A DNA stretch of 60,140 nt, counting the filler, from Catajapyx aquilonaris (Eukaryota): assembly GCA_000934665.2 (NCBI GenBank). It is 2 parts of 2 records of this genome, joined end to end, with 100 filler letters (N's around TTAATTAATTAA, not from the genome) between each part and the next. Parts side by side here need not be neighbours in the genome. Positions count along the whole stretch, not along the records: positions 30,068 to 60,140 come from JYFJ02004712.1; 1 more part is not named here. One strand, given 5' to 3'. Position numbers and translations under genes: made by a program. Below the pieces are notes generated by a model. That model had not been told where the DNA came from, ran no database searches, and saw nothing but the letters and a program-made list of their open reading frames with translations. Every line of letters begins with the position of its first letter. The first letter of the stretch is position 1. This document shows positions 48,301 through 60,140 of the stretch, one piece after another.

Positions 48301-51300
48301 AAATTTTGCATCGGATTTTGTAATCTAGCAATTGCACCCAAGCATGCTAATCTGTATATCGGATTTTTCCTCTCCTGAAGATTAATAACTGTGCCCTCAG
48401 ATTATTTTAGGGCCTTCCGCTGAAAAATATCCGGTATCATCATATTCATCAGGCAAGCAGGAGAGACAAGTGGGCTTTTGCTGTCCTCTTTCACCCTTCC
48501 CAGATCCATTATTAATATTATTTTGGCGCACACAAAAGCGGGTATGAGCCCAGCCCTGTTTTATGTGGTCAAACACGCTCCAGACAAAGGCTTTTCGGCT
48601 AAGGTGGACAACTTTTTTTATTATTATTTTTGCTGCCGTCACATCCCATGTTTCATTATTTTGTCATAAACATATTGTTCCACCGGCCATAACTAGAGCT
48701 TGGTACAATGAGGAACTAGATTATAGGGACTCGTGAATTGCTAAACGCTCTGAGCTTGACTCACTTTCAAAACATCACAACGATGACGTTGGTCCTGCAT
48801 TCTACGGCACGTATGACGTGTGATAACTCATTTTTTTTGAGGCGCGCCTTTGCATGATATTATAGCTGGTTATCAAATTTTCAGAGGCAATTTGGAGCAG
48901 GATCCTCCGCAAGACAACAAAAGTGCAAGGAACGCATATGAGCTTTACTCACGTACGTTGTAGATAGTGCCAATTGTGCATTTTTGTACAGTGCCATTGT
49001 AAGTTCTCAAGCCGGTTTACCCTTAACCTTGAAGATGACCTAGAGTTTTTGCAGCGTACACTGACGCTATATACACCTGAGCAGAATTTCCTATGATTTC
49101 TTTGCTCAAGTAATTCCCGGAGGCACCTTGTTTTTTGCTGGTCCAGACCGCTGTTTGCACCGGTTCGCACCTGTGGTACGAGCTGGGGATATCTCTTGAG
49201 TGTTCATGCTATGAAGGAGTTTCCAGTGCGGCTTTTTATTAAAAGCCTTGGGATTACGTAAGAGGAGTGACTTCTGGTTTTATGACATCTGAGAAATTTA
49301 CACTCCGATTGGATTCTTTTGTGAGCGGGATTGCGTCAGGACAAATGGTATTTTTGGTTATTTTTTTTGTATGTCGAAGGACGTACTGTACATGCTTCTT
49401 AGCATATTGTTCGAATTTGGCCACTGTTGTGGTTGAAAACTATTACGTCAGGTTACAAATTAATATACACTTTATGTTACACGGACATTTTTACACCGAT
49501 TGTGTAATATGTATTTTTTTTACTGTTTGCAAACATCCTGTTACGTGAAGGTTGTTTTCCAATATTTGTTGCTACCGCGGATATTCCTGTGCAGCCAATC
49601 GTTCGGTGAATACCTGAGCGCATAAACAACCGGGTATAGGAAGTGGGGGATATTTTAGTGGTATTTTCAAGGGACTTTATTAGGCGTTAAGTTGCATAAT
49701 ATGGTGGATTCCACCTGGGAAAAATAACCAGAGTGCAGTCGCTTAAAAACACATCACGCAGGTCTGTGCCAGTCACTATGGATCCATATTTTTTTATGCG
49801 TCCGGTATATGGATTTAATTTTAATATTCGCTTACGTCGGCTATTTAGTTTGTAAATATCTACCCGAAATTATGCGAGGCAAATCCGTGTGCCTTACCAT
49901 ATTGATTACCTGTCCTCTCTCGACTTTTCGAAGGGCATAATTAGAGTGTAAATGTTCAGTGTTTAATTTCCATGAGTGGACTGCCTTGCTGATCTGACAG
50001 CTGTGTTTTTAGTGCTGCCCTCGTTAATCTCCATCGCAATTTGTAATAAATATGTCCAACTGGCCTAGCAGTGATATGCTATGCAATAGTTCACCCCCCG
50101 AACGGTTTTCTCCAATAGTTCACAGCCAAATAGTTTTCTTGCGTGTGTTTATAGTGATAAAACGTTTTGGAGTCATTGAACCGCTTTGTATTTTTTCCTA
50201 ACTTGAAAAGTATTGCTAGTCCTATCGGGAAGGAAGTGGTAAACAAAAAATAATAATATCGGGAGTAGAATTGACTCATTTATTCCGCCTCGTCCATTGA
50301 ACCTTTTACTATCCATGGAATTACATGCTTCTTGACGATAACGGCCAGTTCGTTCACTGATTCATATATTATCCAACGTGTTTCATATCCGGTTACTGCA
50401 TAGTAAATTGCGGTAATCCCGAACTCTTATCCTCTTGTGCTTACTATAAATAATAACTCACTGTCAGCTGAAAAAAGCAGGCCTTTGTTGAATATTTTGT
50501 CCACTTGGTAATGTGATGCCATGTTATTATATAATATTGATTGCATATTTTCACATCGTTCTTATTGTTACTAAATTAATTACATGCTTGACAGCTACAT
50601 GGTATATTCTATAATATTTTATTGTCCCACCTTGTATGAAAAATTCCTATCATAATGTGTGCATATCAAAACGAGGAAGATTTTTTTCCATAAGAGACGA
50701 CAACTTTTTGCTATTATTTTTTGGCGTCGGCAGCGCCACGTGTCCCCTTTTACTGCCCCGCCGCACATAATAAGCTTGCAAATTTTGGCGATAAATTAGC
50801 AGAGTTATCGGGGTCTGATCTCCCCTTAATGATCTCCCGTGCTTAATGCTTCTAGGAGACTTATCAGATCATGTGGTTAGAGGGTCACTATCTCTTTCCA
50901 AAAATTAACACGCCCGCTCACAAAAGTCCGGGTCCTTTTTATTACGTCATGAAACAGGCGCCGTACGTTGTAAAAGACGCGTTTGTTGCGGTCGGTTCTC
51001 TTACTAACCACAAGGTAATTAATCCTACTGATAAAAACTACCTGCTTTTGTTCTATTCACCCATTTTTTTATATTTTTGCATCATGGTCATGTGATCTTC
51101 AGAAATTCTGGTGCCATATTTTTGTCCCCACGTAGAATCTGGATTGCCATCACATCGTTCAAGTCTGGAAAATACGTGTGCCAAATGTGGCTGGAAACCC
51201 CGTTATGGGGCCAACTCCCTCACCGCCCTTCATCTATCATCCTTTTCGGATTTGGGCGTGCATTCCGGTGTATTCTGAAGCCACCAGACTCTTCAAAAGA

Positions 51301-51958
51301 CGGTACTCTCGAATAAGAATAGGGTAGAGCAGAATGAAGTTTGGGGATGCTCATTATTGCCTTCTAGGAACATTTTTAGTCCAAACATGGAAGAAGTGCC
51401 ATTTCCAAAAGTGGACCGCCCCTTTTTTCGGGGGGGGGGGGGGGGGGNGAGATTTTGGCTTGCAGGCTGCCAAACCCGCTTAGAACACCACCATTTTTAA
51501 CCCAGCTTTTGTTCCAGCCTCATACTGGTTGAGGCTCTCAGGGTTGATGCACTTTGGTGGAAATGCCGGAGGCAAGCTGTCACTTTTGAGAAAGAAGTGG
51601 AACTGGATCAGAGCACCTTTTTTTTGCCCAAGAAGGTATATAAAGGTCACGGTATCGACAACGTTAAAGTTCGGTTGTAGCATTCGAGCAATCCATTCAG
51701 TTATCAGGAGTTTCCTCCAAAGTTGCATTCAAGTTGGTGCCGGCGGTAAAGTCGGTCACACCAGGTTAACGATCGGGCAAAATGGTTCGGTCTTATATGG
51801 CCTCAAGTGTGGTGGTAGGTTGGTAGAGAGGGGATGGTCATAAAATGGTCTCTAGGGTGTGGTGTTACAGGGTTAGTGAGAATCATCAAGTAACCTGCGT
51901 TTGGTTCTATTAAACCGATATGGCTAGGGTGTTCCACGGTTGGTCGTGGATAAATATA

Positions 51959-52223
51959 CATGGTGTTAATCCTAAGCTTGTCACCAGAAAAAGGTGGTGG
52001 TAGAGGGCGCAGGTGTGAGCATTTTTGCAGAAGGAACTAGGGGTCCGAAACGAACCCTCACCGAGTCACTCCGCCGCGTGCCGCACACTGCCTGCCGCAA
52101 ACTTGAAAGGGGCGTAACTCGGTGAGGGTGCGTTTCCGACCCCTAGTTCTTTATGCAAAAATGCTCACACCTGCGCCCTCTACCACCACCTTTTCTGGTG
52201 ACACGCTTAGGATTAACATCCTG
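51959..52223. mobile_element. Tc1/mariner-type foldback MITE
   Basis: TA-flanked termini CATGGTGTTAATCCTAAGC / GCTTAGGATTAACATCCTG, with ~105-bp near-perfect inverted arms. Confidence 0.85.
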
Positions 52224-55200
52224 TATAATTATCTGTTGCGTTACATGGTACAGGAAGAATCTCATGACTTGTGGATAGAAATATTTAGCATCTAACAACG
52301 GTGTGGTATTAACACCACATCGTCTGTTGACGATTGATATTTTTGTGGGAGTCAACTGATACCCTCTGCACTCTGCCCTCACTCGAAATATTTACACTAT
52401 AGTAAATATTTACACTGAGGGACACTAGGGGGCGCTTCCTATAACATCCGGCGTTGAATTTAAAACGACAATAAAATTTGCTAATTTTGCATCAAATTTG
52501 CAACGATACACTTCAGAGGTAGGCATAGCTTGTGATCCAACTATACCCCCACAAGTTTGTTCAGGACCCAAGATTCCTAGTGGGACAGATTGAGGAAGAA
52601 AGGAAGTTTGTAACATGGCCACCATAAAAAAGGGTGGAAAAACGGAAAAAGAGGGCTCCGGAAGCGCACTCGAGTTGCGCCAATTTGGCCTCGGAGGCAA
52701 ACTCCGACCTCACAGCGGCCATTTCCGCCAAAATGGGGAGGCTAGGAGCCGCACCAAATAATAGTCTTATAGCAAAAAAAGAGGACCTATGCTCAAGCCT
52801 CTACGGATAAATAGGCTGGAGGCGCTTTACGCCTTTTTTCGTGGGGGGGGGGGGGGGGTNTCCTTCGTTTACGGTTCGACATTATTTTTAGTTTAAGTAC
52901 AGCAGCTTGCAATCAAGAGAATGGTTTTGGCGACATATAAATGGCCTCCAATATGATAGTGGCTGGTTGTCCCCCTATTAAGTGTACGTGCTGGACTCAT
53001 TTTCGAGACTATTGCCAGACTGTTTGACTTTTTATTATTATTGCTAGTATAATTATGAATGGGCACATTGTTGTCAGAATTTGGTGCCATATTTTTTTTT
53101 TGCTAGGATGCGACCATACCCAAGGTTTAACTTCTTTAGGAGAAAAGGGACTTGAGAGGGGAAAGAGAATCCGGTGCAGTCAGTGACCAGAACCCATCAT
53201 TTGTTGACCTTGTTCCCTCGAGTCTGCAAGTTTCAGGGAAGTCCCCACTTTTATTACCTTTCCCAAACTTTGTTTTCTTGCTTCTCCTTTGATCTTACCC
53301 GCCTCCTGGATTCCAAACACCGGTCCCGTTTCAATTTTGGGGGGGGAAGGTTAAACTGACCCGTGTCTTTCACCCGAGAAAGTTTGCGTCAATCTATATA
53401 TTTTTTCTGCCTATATTGTTCAAGTGGCACAGTGTGAGTCATTGTTGTACGCAAATGGGTAAGACTGCTGGCCGTTTTTTTTTTCATGAGGTCAGCGACA
53501 AAATATGTAGATATGGACCGGGCGATACTCAGAGAATTATCACACAATGGGGGAAAAAGGAAGGAATGACCTCGTTTTTTCTTGTACAGTACCATGTGTG
53601 CTGTGGAAACATCCCAAGTCAGAACAAAAGCTGATGTGAAACTTAGTTTTATCACTCCTGAACATGACGAGCATTTTGTAAGCTCCATTTTTCGATGCCA
53701 AAAGGTCAGTTTCAAGTTATATGCAATGGCCTTTATTGCACCTGTATTGCGGTACTGTGGAAACACCTTGTGATGGAACAAAAGGTGGTAATGTAATCAA
53801 CAGTGCACTGAATTTTATAAGTGAAAATTTCTGGGGAAGCTTGCTGCTATTTATATCCCGAGCATATGCAAAGAGGGAACTAGGCCATAGCGTATTATTA
53901 TACCTTTATGGCAATCAGGTCATAACTAAATCATGGCTAAATTCGGCCACAGATTTACAAACGAGAGCAAAGGTTTTCCCAGTGCAAATCTACAAGCTGC
54001 AGTTTTTTATAGGCAACTCCTAAGGGCTAAATGCAGGTGTTTCTAGTCTAGCCATTTCCTAGGCTTGGAGGGTAGAGAGTGAACGAGGCTATTATGAGGT
54101 GAATAGGAGGGCAGTTAGCGGCATCAGCCGTGATTAATAGTCGTGGCTAAGGTGGCCTGCTAGTACGTGACTTTGCTGCGGACGGTAGTTAAATAGTGGG
54201 TTTGAAGTAGGGAGTTTATCACGTTAATACTATTAGCGGCGTTTATAATTAGTGGCGTGTGCATAAAATAGCCAAAAGCGTTCGTTGTATAATTATTATG
54301 GGTACGCGACTCGCATGGAGCACTGCCACATTTGAATTTTTTGACGCTCTGACTAATATAACGGTGATTCATAACTATTTGCCTGTTACACGTCATATGT
54401 TTCAATCTGGCTCCAGCTAATGCCTGCCATTGTTGATTGAATGCTGTTGCATTAATGCCAAAAAGTAAGAGGCGTCAGGCTCATACTGTAATGGTACAGT
54501 TAGAAATTAATTGCCATCCCTAAATCGAGTTGCTATTGGGCCAGTAATTCGCACAATTATTTTTCGAGCCGACGAAAGCATATATTCTAGTCAAATATAC
54601 AGGACGAAAATGTAGCTGTGAAGAAAGTGGGGTCCCGGATGTGTAGGAATGCATACAAATGTCAGTGGCACGTCTGTCTCTCAGAAATTAAGTCAGGTTA
54701 GTTTGCTCCGAAAATAATGTCCACGTTTCTGGAGACGAGGCTCCCCGGCAGCAGTTTTCATTTGTCTGAACGTGGGAGGGAACGTGTTGGAAGAGCGGGT
54801 TTAAATCAGTCCGACAAACATTCCCCGGGAGTTCATTTCCCGGAGACAAACTCTCCAGGGGGTTAGAAACATGTGAGATACAGCTCTAGAACCTAGGCAT
54901 CAAGGCTTGAGACAGTAATTCAATTCCTGGTGATCCAAGATGTAGCCAGAACAGTCTGGACACATTGGCGCTTTTTTTTTGAGTCTGTCCACTATGTGTA
55001 GATCGATTCCATTGCATTTTGCATGAAGACCCTTCCAGAATTAGATGCTGCCAAAACGTCTTATGAAAGTGCTAGGCTAGAAACGGGTCAAAGTTACGAC
55101 GGGCCAGTCAAATACGGAATTATTTACTTCGCCTCTCCAACAATCTGCAGCCTGTTGAAAATTCAATGAAGGTCTGCCAGAATGTGAAGGAAGGGTACAG

Positions 55201-58200
55201 GGACCTGTGAAGTATTCCAGATCACGGGGTACTGGTTCGTTTCATCCTGTCTAGTGCACAACCTGGTAGTCAATTGAGAATTGAAAGTGGCCTAGCAGCG
55301 CAGGATATACAAGGCCGGATGAATAGAAGGGCACTTGAGAATACAGTGGGAATTCATAGTACCATGCGGGGGCTTTAATTTGTAGTAACTGCGAGCTATG
55401 GGCGCCTAAGGCTAAAAAATGCGGATAAAATTGTCAAAGGAATGCTCTGGGAGGGTGCGTTTAAAAAAAATGTAATGTACCAAAGGGATTGGCTGTGGTA
55501 ATTTTTTTCTGCATACATTTGCGGAGGTGAGGCAACTCGTGCGCCGGTTGAATTATTTTTTCAGTATTACTTGAACTTGCGCTTATAAGCTGCACTGTTA
55601 ATCCTGCCCGGATTATTTGGAGTAAGGAAGGTTGTTGATGAATTGCAAATGCATATTTTTATACCGAGGGCTGGCAGCACCAGAGAGGACAGTGTTTGAA
55701 ACATTGTTAACTTAAATTTACGGATGGCCTCTGGCCATATGAATAAACAGTGTGTTACAGTGCAAAGAGCTGTGGCTGAGCCCTTTCTGTGGATGTGTTA
55801 TACCGTTTTGACATACACTGAGTTAGCATATATGAACATACGTGTAAACTACAATATTTACACTTCGCTGACCTGTACCAACACTATAGTGCAAGTGCAG
55901 CTAGTAGTATCTATAACCTGTGAGGCAAGGGTCTGGAAATGTAGCCAACTTGCACCGAGGTAAATTCATAGTACGCTGTATTTGGACGACAGAATTGCAT
56001 CGTATACATGAGCCTGCAGCAGCGACATTATCCGTGTAAATTTAGCACCAACAATGGTTGCTCCGAGCTTATTCGGGGGGAGAATGTAGTGGGCATTTGT
56101 CTTGTCCAGTGGTAGAAGCAGGGACGGAGAGAGCAGCAGAATCCGGGGTAGAAGTGGATGCAACGAGAGTGGATATAGATGGCGGTCTTGATTGCCACAG
56201 ACCTTAGAGTGGAGCCTGGAGGACTGCGAGATAGGCTTCTGGCCACAATACAAATGGCAGCTTTTGTCCCCAGTCCCCAGTCCTGGCAGATAAGTGACTT
56301 CACTTGCAGACTCATCCCGAGACCAGCTCTTCAAAGATGAGGAAGCAAGTTCAACCCACCAACCAACCCTCCCGATGATAAGCGCTCTGGTAATAATTGG
56401 GTTTTGCAGCAGAAGGTTTTCTCTATCTCCGGCAGTTACATGTGTGCCAGTTGTTACAGCAGTTTTGTAAATGGGACGAACATGCATTCCACTTCTGGGC
56501 TGCTGAAATCAGATCCTTTGCTACCATCTTCACATGGGAAAAGTACTGATTCGGCCGGTAGATGGACGGACAGCAGTGGCGCCACCTAGAACTTGAAAAT
56601 ATTCGGCAAACTGGGGAGGTCTTGCTTTAAAACACACAGTTGAGGATACTTGATTCGACCGGTCCAATCTGCGCGCGCCGATATTTATTAACTCGTTAGT
56701 GTGAAGGGAAATGAGATTAAATGCGTTGCGATTTGCAACGTTCCATTGATCAATGGGCAAATGCCATCTGTCGATTTAATGAGACCAATTATTGTTTGGC
56801 CTCCTCGTGTTCCCATGTCGGGCCAGCGGGGACTGGCTTTTTTTTATATGGGAAAAATCATCCGGAAATGTTTCCCGACCAGAAAGGAAATTGGAGACCT
56901 GATTATGCCCCTCCCAACAGCTGATATTCAAATTCTGCGGGAAATTTGAGATCACCGCTCTCCAGTTGTGTGTTGCCGACAACTGGCATCGTGTTTGTGC
57001 GGCGGTTCAAAGTTATGGACGGAAGATTCAAACGGGAAACTGAATTATTGCACTTTGCCGGAATTGGTTTTCGCTACCAGGAGTTTGCCCTGCCTCGTAC
57101 TATTTCCGGATACTAGAATCAGGTGGATTCGTGTGGCGCAACGGACGTATATTGAAGATCACTCACCTGCACGCATTTGTTTTGTATTGTTTCAGAGGCT
57201 TAGTAGCTGCTATTGTGCGCTTGTGTGTATGGGCCACAGCCTGCCGGAGTGTTAACACTATAAGGACAATAAACCGTTTCTCGCTTGCTAAACGCGTACA
57301 CTGCTGCAAAATATTACCATTAGGCACAAAGTGTAATTAGTGAACAGTCAATAGTGTTGTATAATTAAACTGAAAGTGACACATTGTCACTGAATATATG
57401 CACGTGCTGACAATGAAATCGTTAATTTTAAACCTACCGTGCTGCCATGACAAAACATGATAGAATCTAATTCAGGTGTTTGATGCAACTAATTGGCGAT
57501 CTAATGTAAGCGAGTAACCAGCCTGAAATGTTAATGTATGGAAATTATGCAACTGAACGTACAGTTTACGCACACTGAATATCAGTTTGATATAAATGCA
57601 CCGTGTTTTTAAATACTTGTGGAAATGCTCAAAATAACTGATGAAACCCATTCTAAAACAGTTGTTTTTCTCGCAAAGTTTTCTAGTTGCATGAATTCGG
57701 CGCATGTTATTGGACGATGTACAGTACGCCATTATCTGCTTATTAGTGGAAAACGCCACCGTACTTTTCTATAATGAAAGTTATCTACTGTAGTAACTTC
57801 ACTTTACTTATACCCTCCTCTGAGAATAACTCTAGTTTACAATGAGCAAGATCTTCAGGAAAAGTATTGGCCGATCGGAGAAAAGGAGGTAGAAAATATG
57901 GAGGCGGAGTCTTTTTTGGGGGGAAGAAAAAGAAGACCCTTGGAGGAATAATTCTATTGACTCGCCTTAGGGTATCCGGGTGAAGACTGTCAACTTCCTG
58001 AAGGAGGCATCCCTTTTGCCTTCGTTGCGAAAGGTGCATCTAGGCGGAAGCTGGAGGAGGAATGATGAATAAGTTATCATGTTTATTCGGACTCCGGGCC
58101 AAAATGTTGGTTTGTGGATAGAGGAAGTGTGGACCCTTGGCTTCGAGTAATTATTATTGCATGAGAGTCGAGGGGGGGCGACGAAACCAATCAGCTCATT

Positions 58201-60140
58201 GCCTGGAGGTTGTCTGCTATTGTGGGAGGATCGGATTATTGCGTTTAACAGTACAGGGTGAGTCAATAGTACTCAAAAAAATGAATGTGGGCTCACACAA
58301 TCCATTTTGTGTAACAGAAGGGGTCATTGTGAGTTTTACACAATTTTTTTACAATGTAACAAAGAGAGGAGTGACAAAGGAAGCACGTGTGAAACAATGC
58401 ATTGCACCCATTGCTTTGTACAAGTTCAGAAATGAAAATGATAGCAAAGATATCGCTAAAGTGGCCTGAAAAATGTCTCTTTGTTAACCTAGTTGGAATG
58501 ACGATCCGGCCAAATAGAATTTGGAATTGAATTTTATAAGACAAACGGAATGGGCCGGGGCCTAGATTTTCTGGTGCAGAAGAACGGATTGGGAATGAGA
58601 ATGCGAGTTTTTCGCCCGTTTGAGCACGAAATTCGACCAATGGTGGACCAGGGGCTCCCACGCTCATAATTCCTTTCAGGTGCTAATGGAGGCGGTTTTG
58701 CGGATGACGCGGTTTGGATCCCTGCTGTCACGTTCCACCACTCACACACGCAGTTGTCATGTATAAAATTGGAGCTCAATCTATCACGTGACGTGCTTGT
58801 CCCCCTTTTCCATGACATTCCACTGTCGAAACGATCTGTCCACCTACACAACACCAGCAGGTGCTTCTGAACCACCCATTTATATATATAAAAAATTAGA
58901 TAGACATAGTTTTAGCATGGGACGAAATTTATGTTCCGACATGGAGACGGAACATTTTCCACACTCCTGAATTGCGATTGCTCACTCGAACCATGTGACA
59001 CTTTTGGAGTTTGTGTCACTGCCAAAAGGAAGAAGAAAAAAAAGCTAATAAAGTTGGTCATATTTCTGGAACGGAGGCAACAGGTTGGGATGGGCTAAGA
59101 AAAATGATTCCTGCCGAGTACCCGGCTGCAATAAAAAGGAGGAATGAACTTGGAGCTAGGTTAATTTGCTTGCAAGTGGAGGAGGACAGCGCTTCATTTA
59201 TTCTATTGTGGACATCTCAGTCCCATTAATCTCCAGCCACCCTTTGTTGCTCCACTCTCATATATAGACCTCTTCATGTAGTTTCCTGGAAGAACAATAT
59301 AGCTTTACAGTGGTTGTGGCTATACATTTTACCCTATTGCTTTGCTGTGTATGAATGACCTGCTTAGGTCATCTCTGTGTCCAACCTGTGTCCACGCCAT
59401 CTCTTGGCATAACTGCCAACTTTTCACTAGCTCCATCTATAGGGTTCGGGGTTGTCACAATTTGTACCCACTGTGTAAGGGCAAGTCTTCCATTTAGTAT
59501 CTGAAAGCGTCAACGGAAATGAAACTTTTGGCCGGAAATTAGCGGAAAACTCCGGGAGGCAGACAAAACAGGCGCCGTGGTTGCAATTACTCCGGCAGAC
59601 CTCTTGTTGTTGAGAAGAGGGGTGGTAGGCGAGGTGTTGAGTTGTGGAGAGAGGAAGGGATGGAATTTCTTCCTTCTTGTGAGATGGGAAATCCTCCTTT
59701 CCTTGGTCCGTCAAACATGGAAGTGGCTTTGGAGAGGAGAATCGGGTTGGCTCGTCCGGAATTGCCGCTAAGTGATTAGGATTTAAGCCCAAATTGACGT
59801 TTTCGCGACCCGGGATATAGCAAGGAGGAAAAAAAGCGCAAATAATGCTGCTCCTTCTAAGCTTTTTTTTTGGGGGGGGGGGATGACGATGTAATCAAAT
59901 TGCTTGTTATAGTTAACAAACTACTGCAAAATGCAGGCTGAGTTGACTTTTCAGCAAATTACATTCGCTTCAGGGGGTATTACCTGGTAGAATTTTGCAT
60001 ACAGTTGCCTCATAAAATAAATAGGCTGTAGTATTAATAATTTATTGTTGTATAGGTACCGGAAGTCTGCACCAACTTCATCTATGAATAGCTTAGATCA
60101 ATATTACGCACTCGTATTATTTCGACGATTAGAATTGCTA

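Noticed and set aside
30068..60140. Conserved arthropod miRNAs (e.g. miR-10, iab-4, let-7, miR-2, miR-279)
   Set aside because: A by-eye search found no full mature-sequence match; a miRBase or Rfam scan would be needed to exclude them.

Overview
This is eukaryotic (invertebrate, probably arthropod) draft-genome DNA with no prokaryote-like gene density. It is two unrelated ~30 kb pieces joined by a synthetic 100-bp spacer (44 N + TTAATTAATTAA + 44 N, 29968-30067). The left piece (1-29967) is rich in transposable elements. It holds two tRNA-derived SINE families (4 copies, 3 with clear TSDs), hAT, Tc1/mariner, PIF/Harbinger and pogo-like MITEs, decayed non-LTR RT fragments, a possible piggyBac relic and several near-perfect hairpins. 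It also holds a candidate 4-exon orphan gene (1898-3127) followed by three diverged tandem exon-like paralogs (5064-6386) and an acidic exon broken by a 20-bp repeat expansion. The right piece (30068-60140) has no recognisable coding exon, few TEs and many homeodomain-type motifs, and looks like a giant intron or regulatory gene desert. It contains one well-formed candidate recursive splice site with a 51-nt cryptic exon (45251-45336). Almost all ORFs in the supplied track appear spurious. I found no convincing complete novel system. The best leads are the orphan repeat-exon family, the recursive splice site next to a GC-rich hairpin, and the shared 3' tail of the two SINE families.
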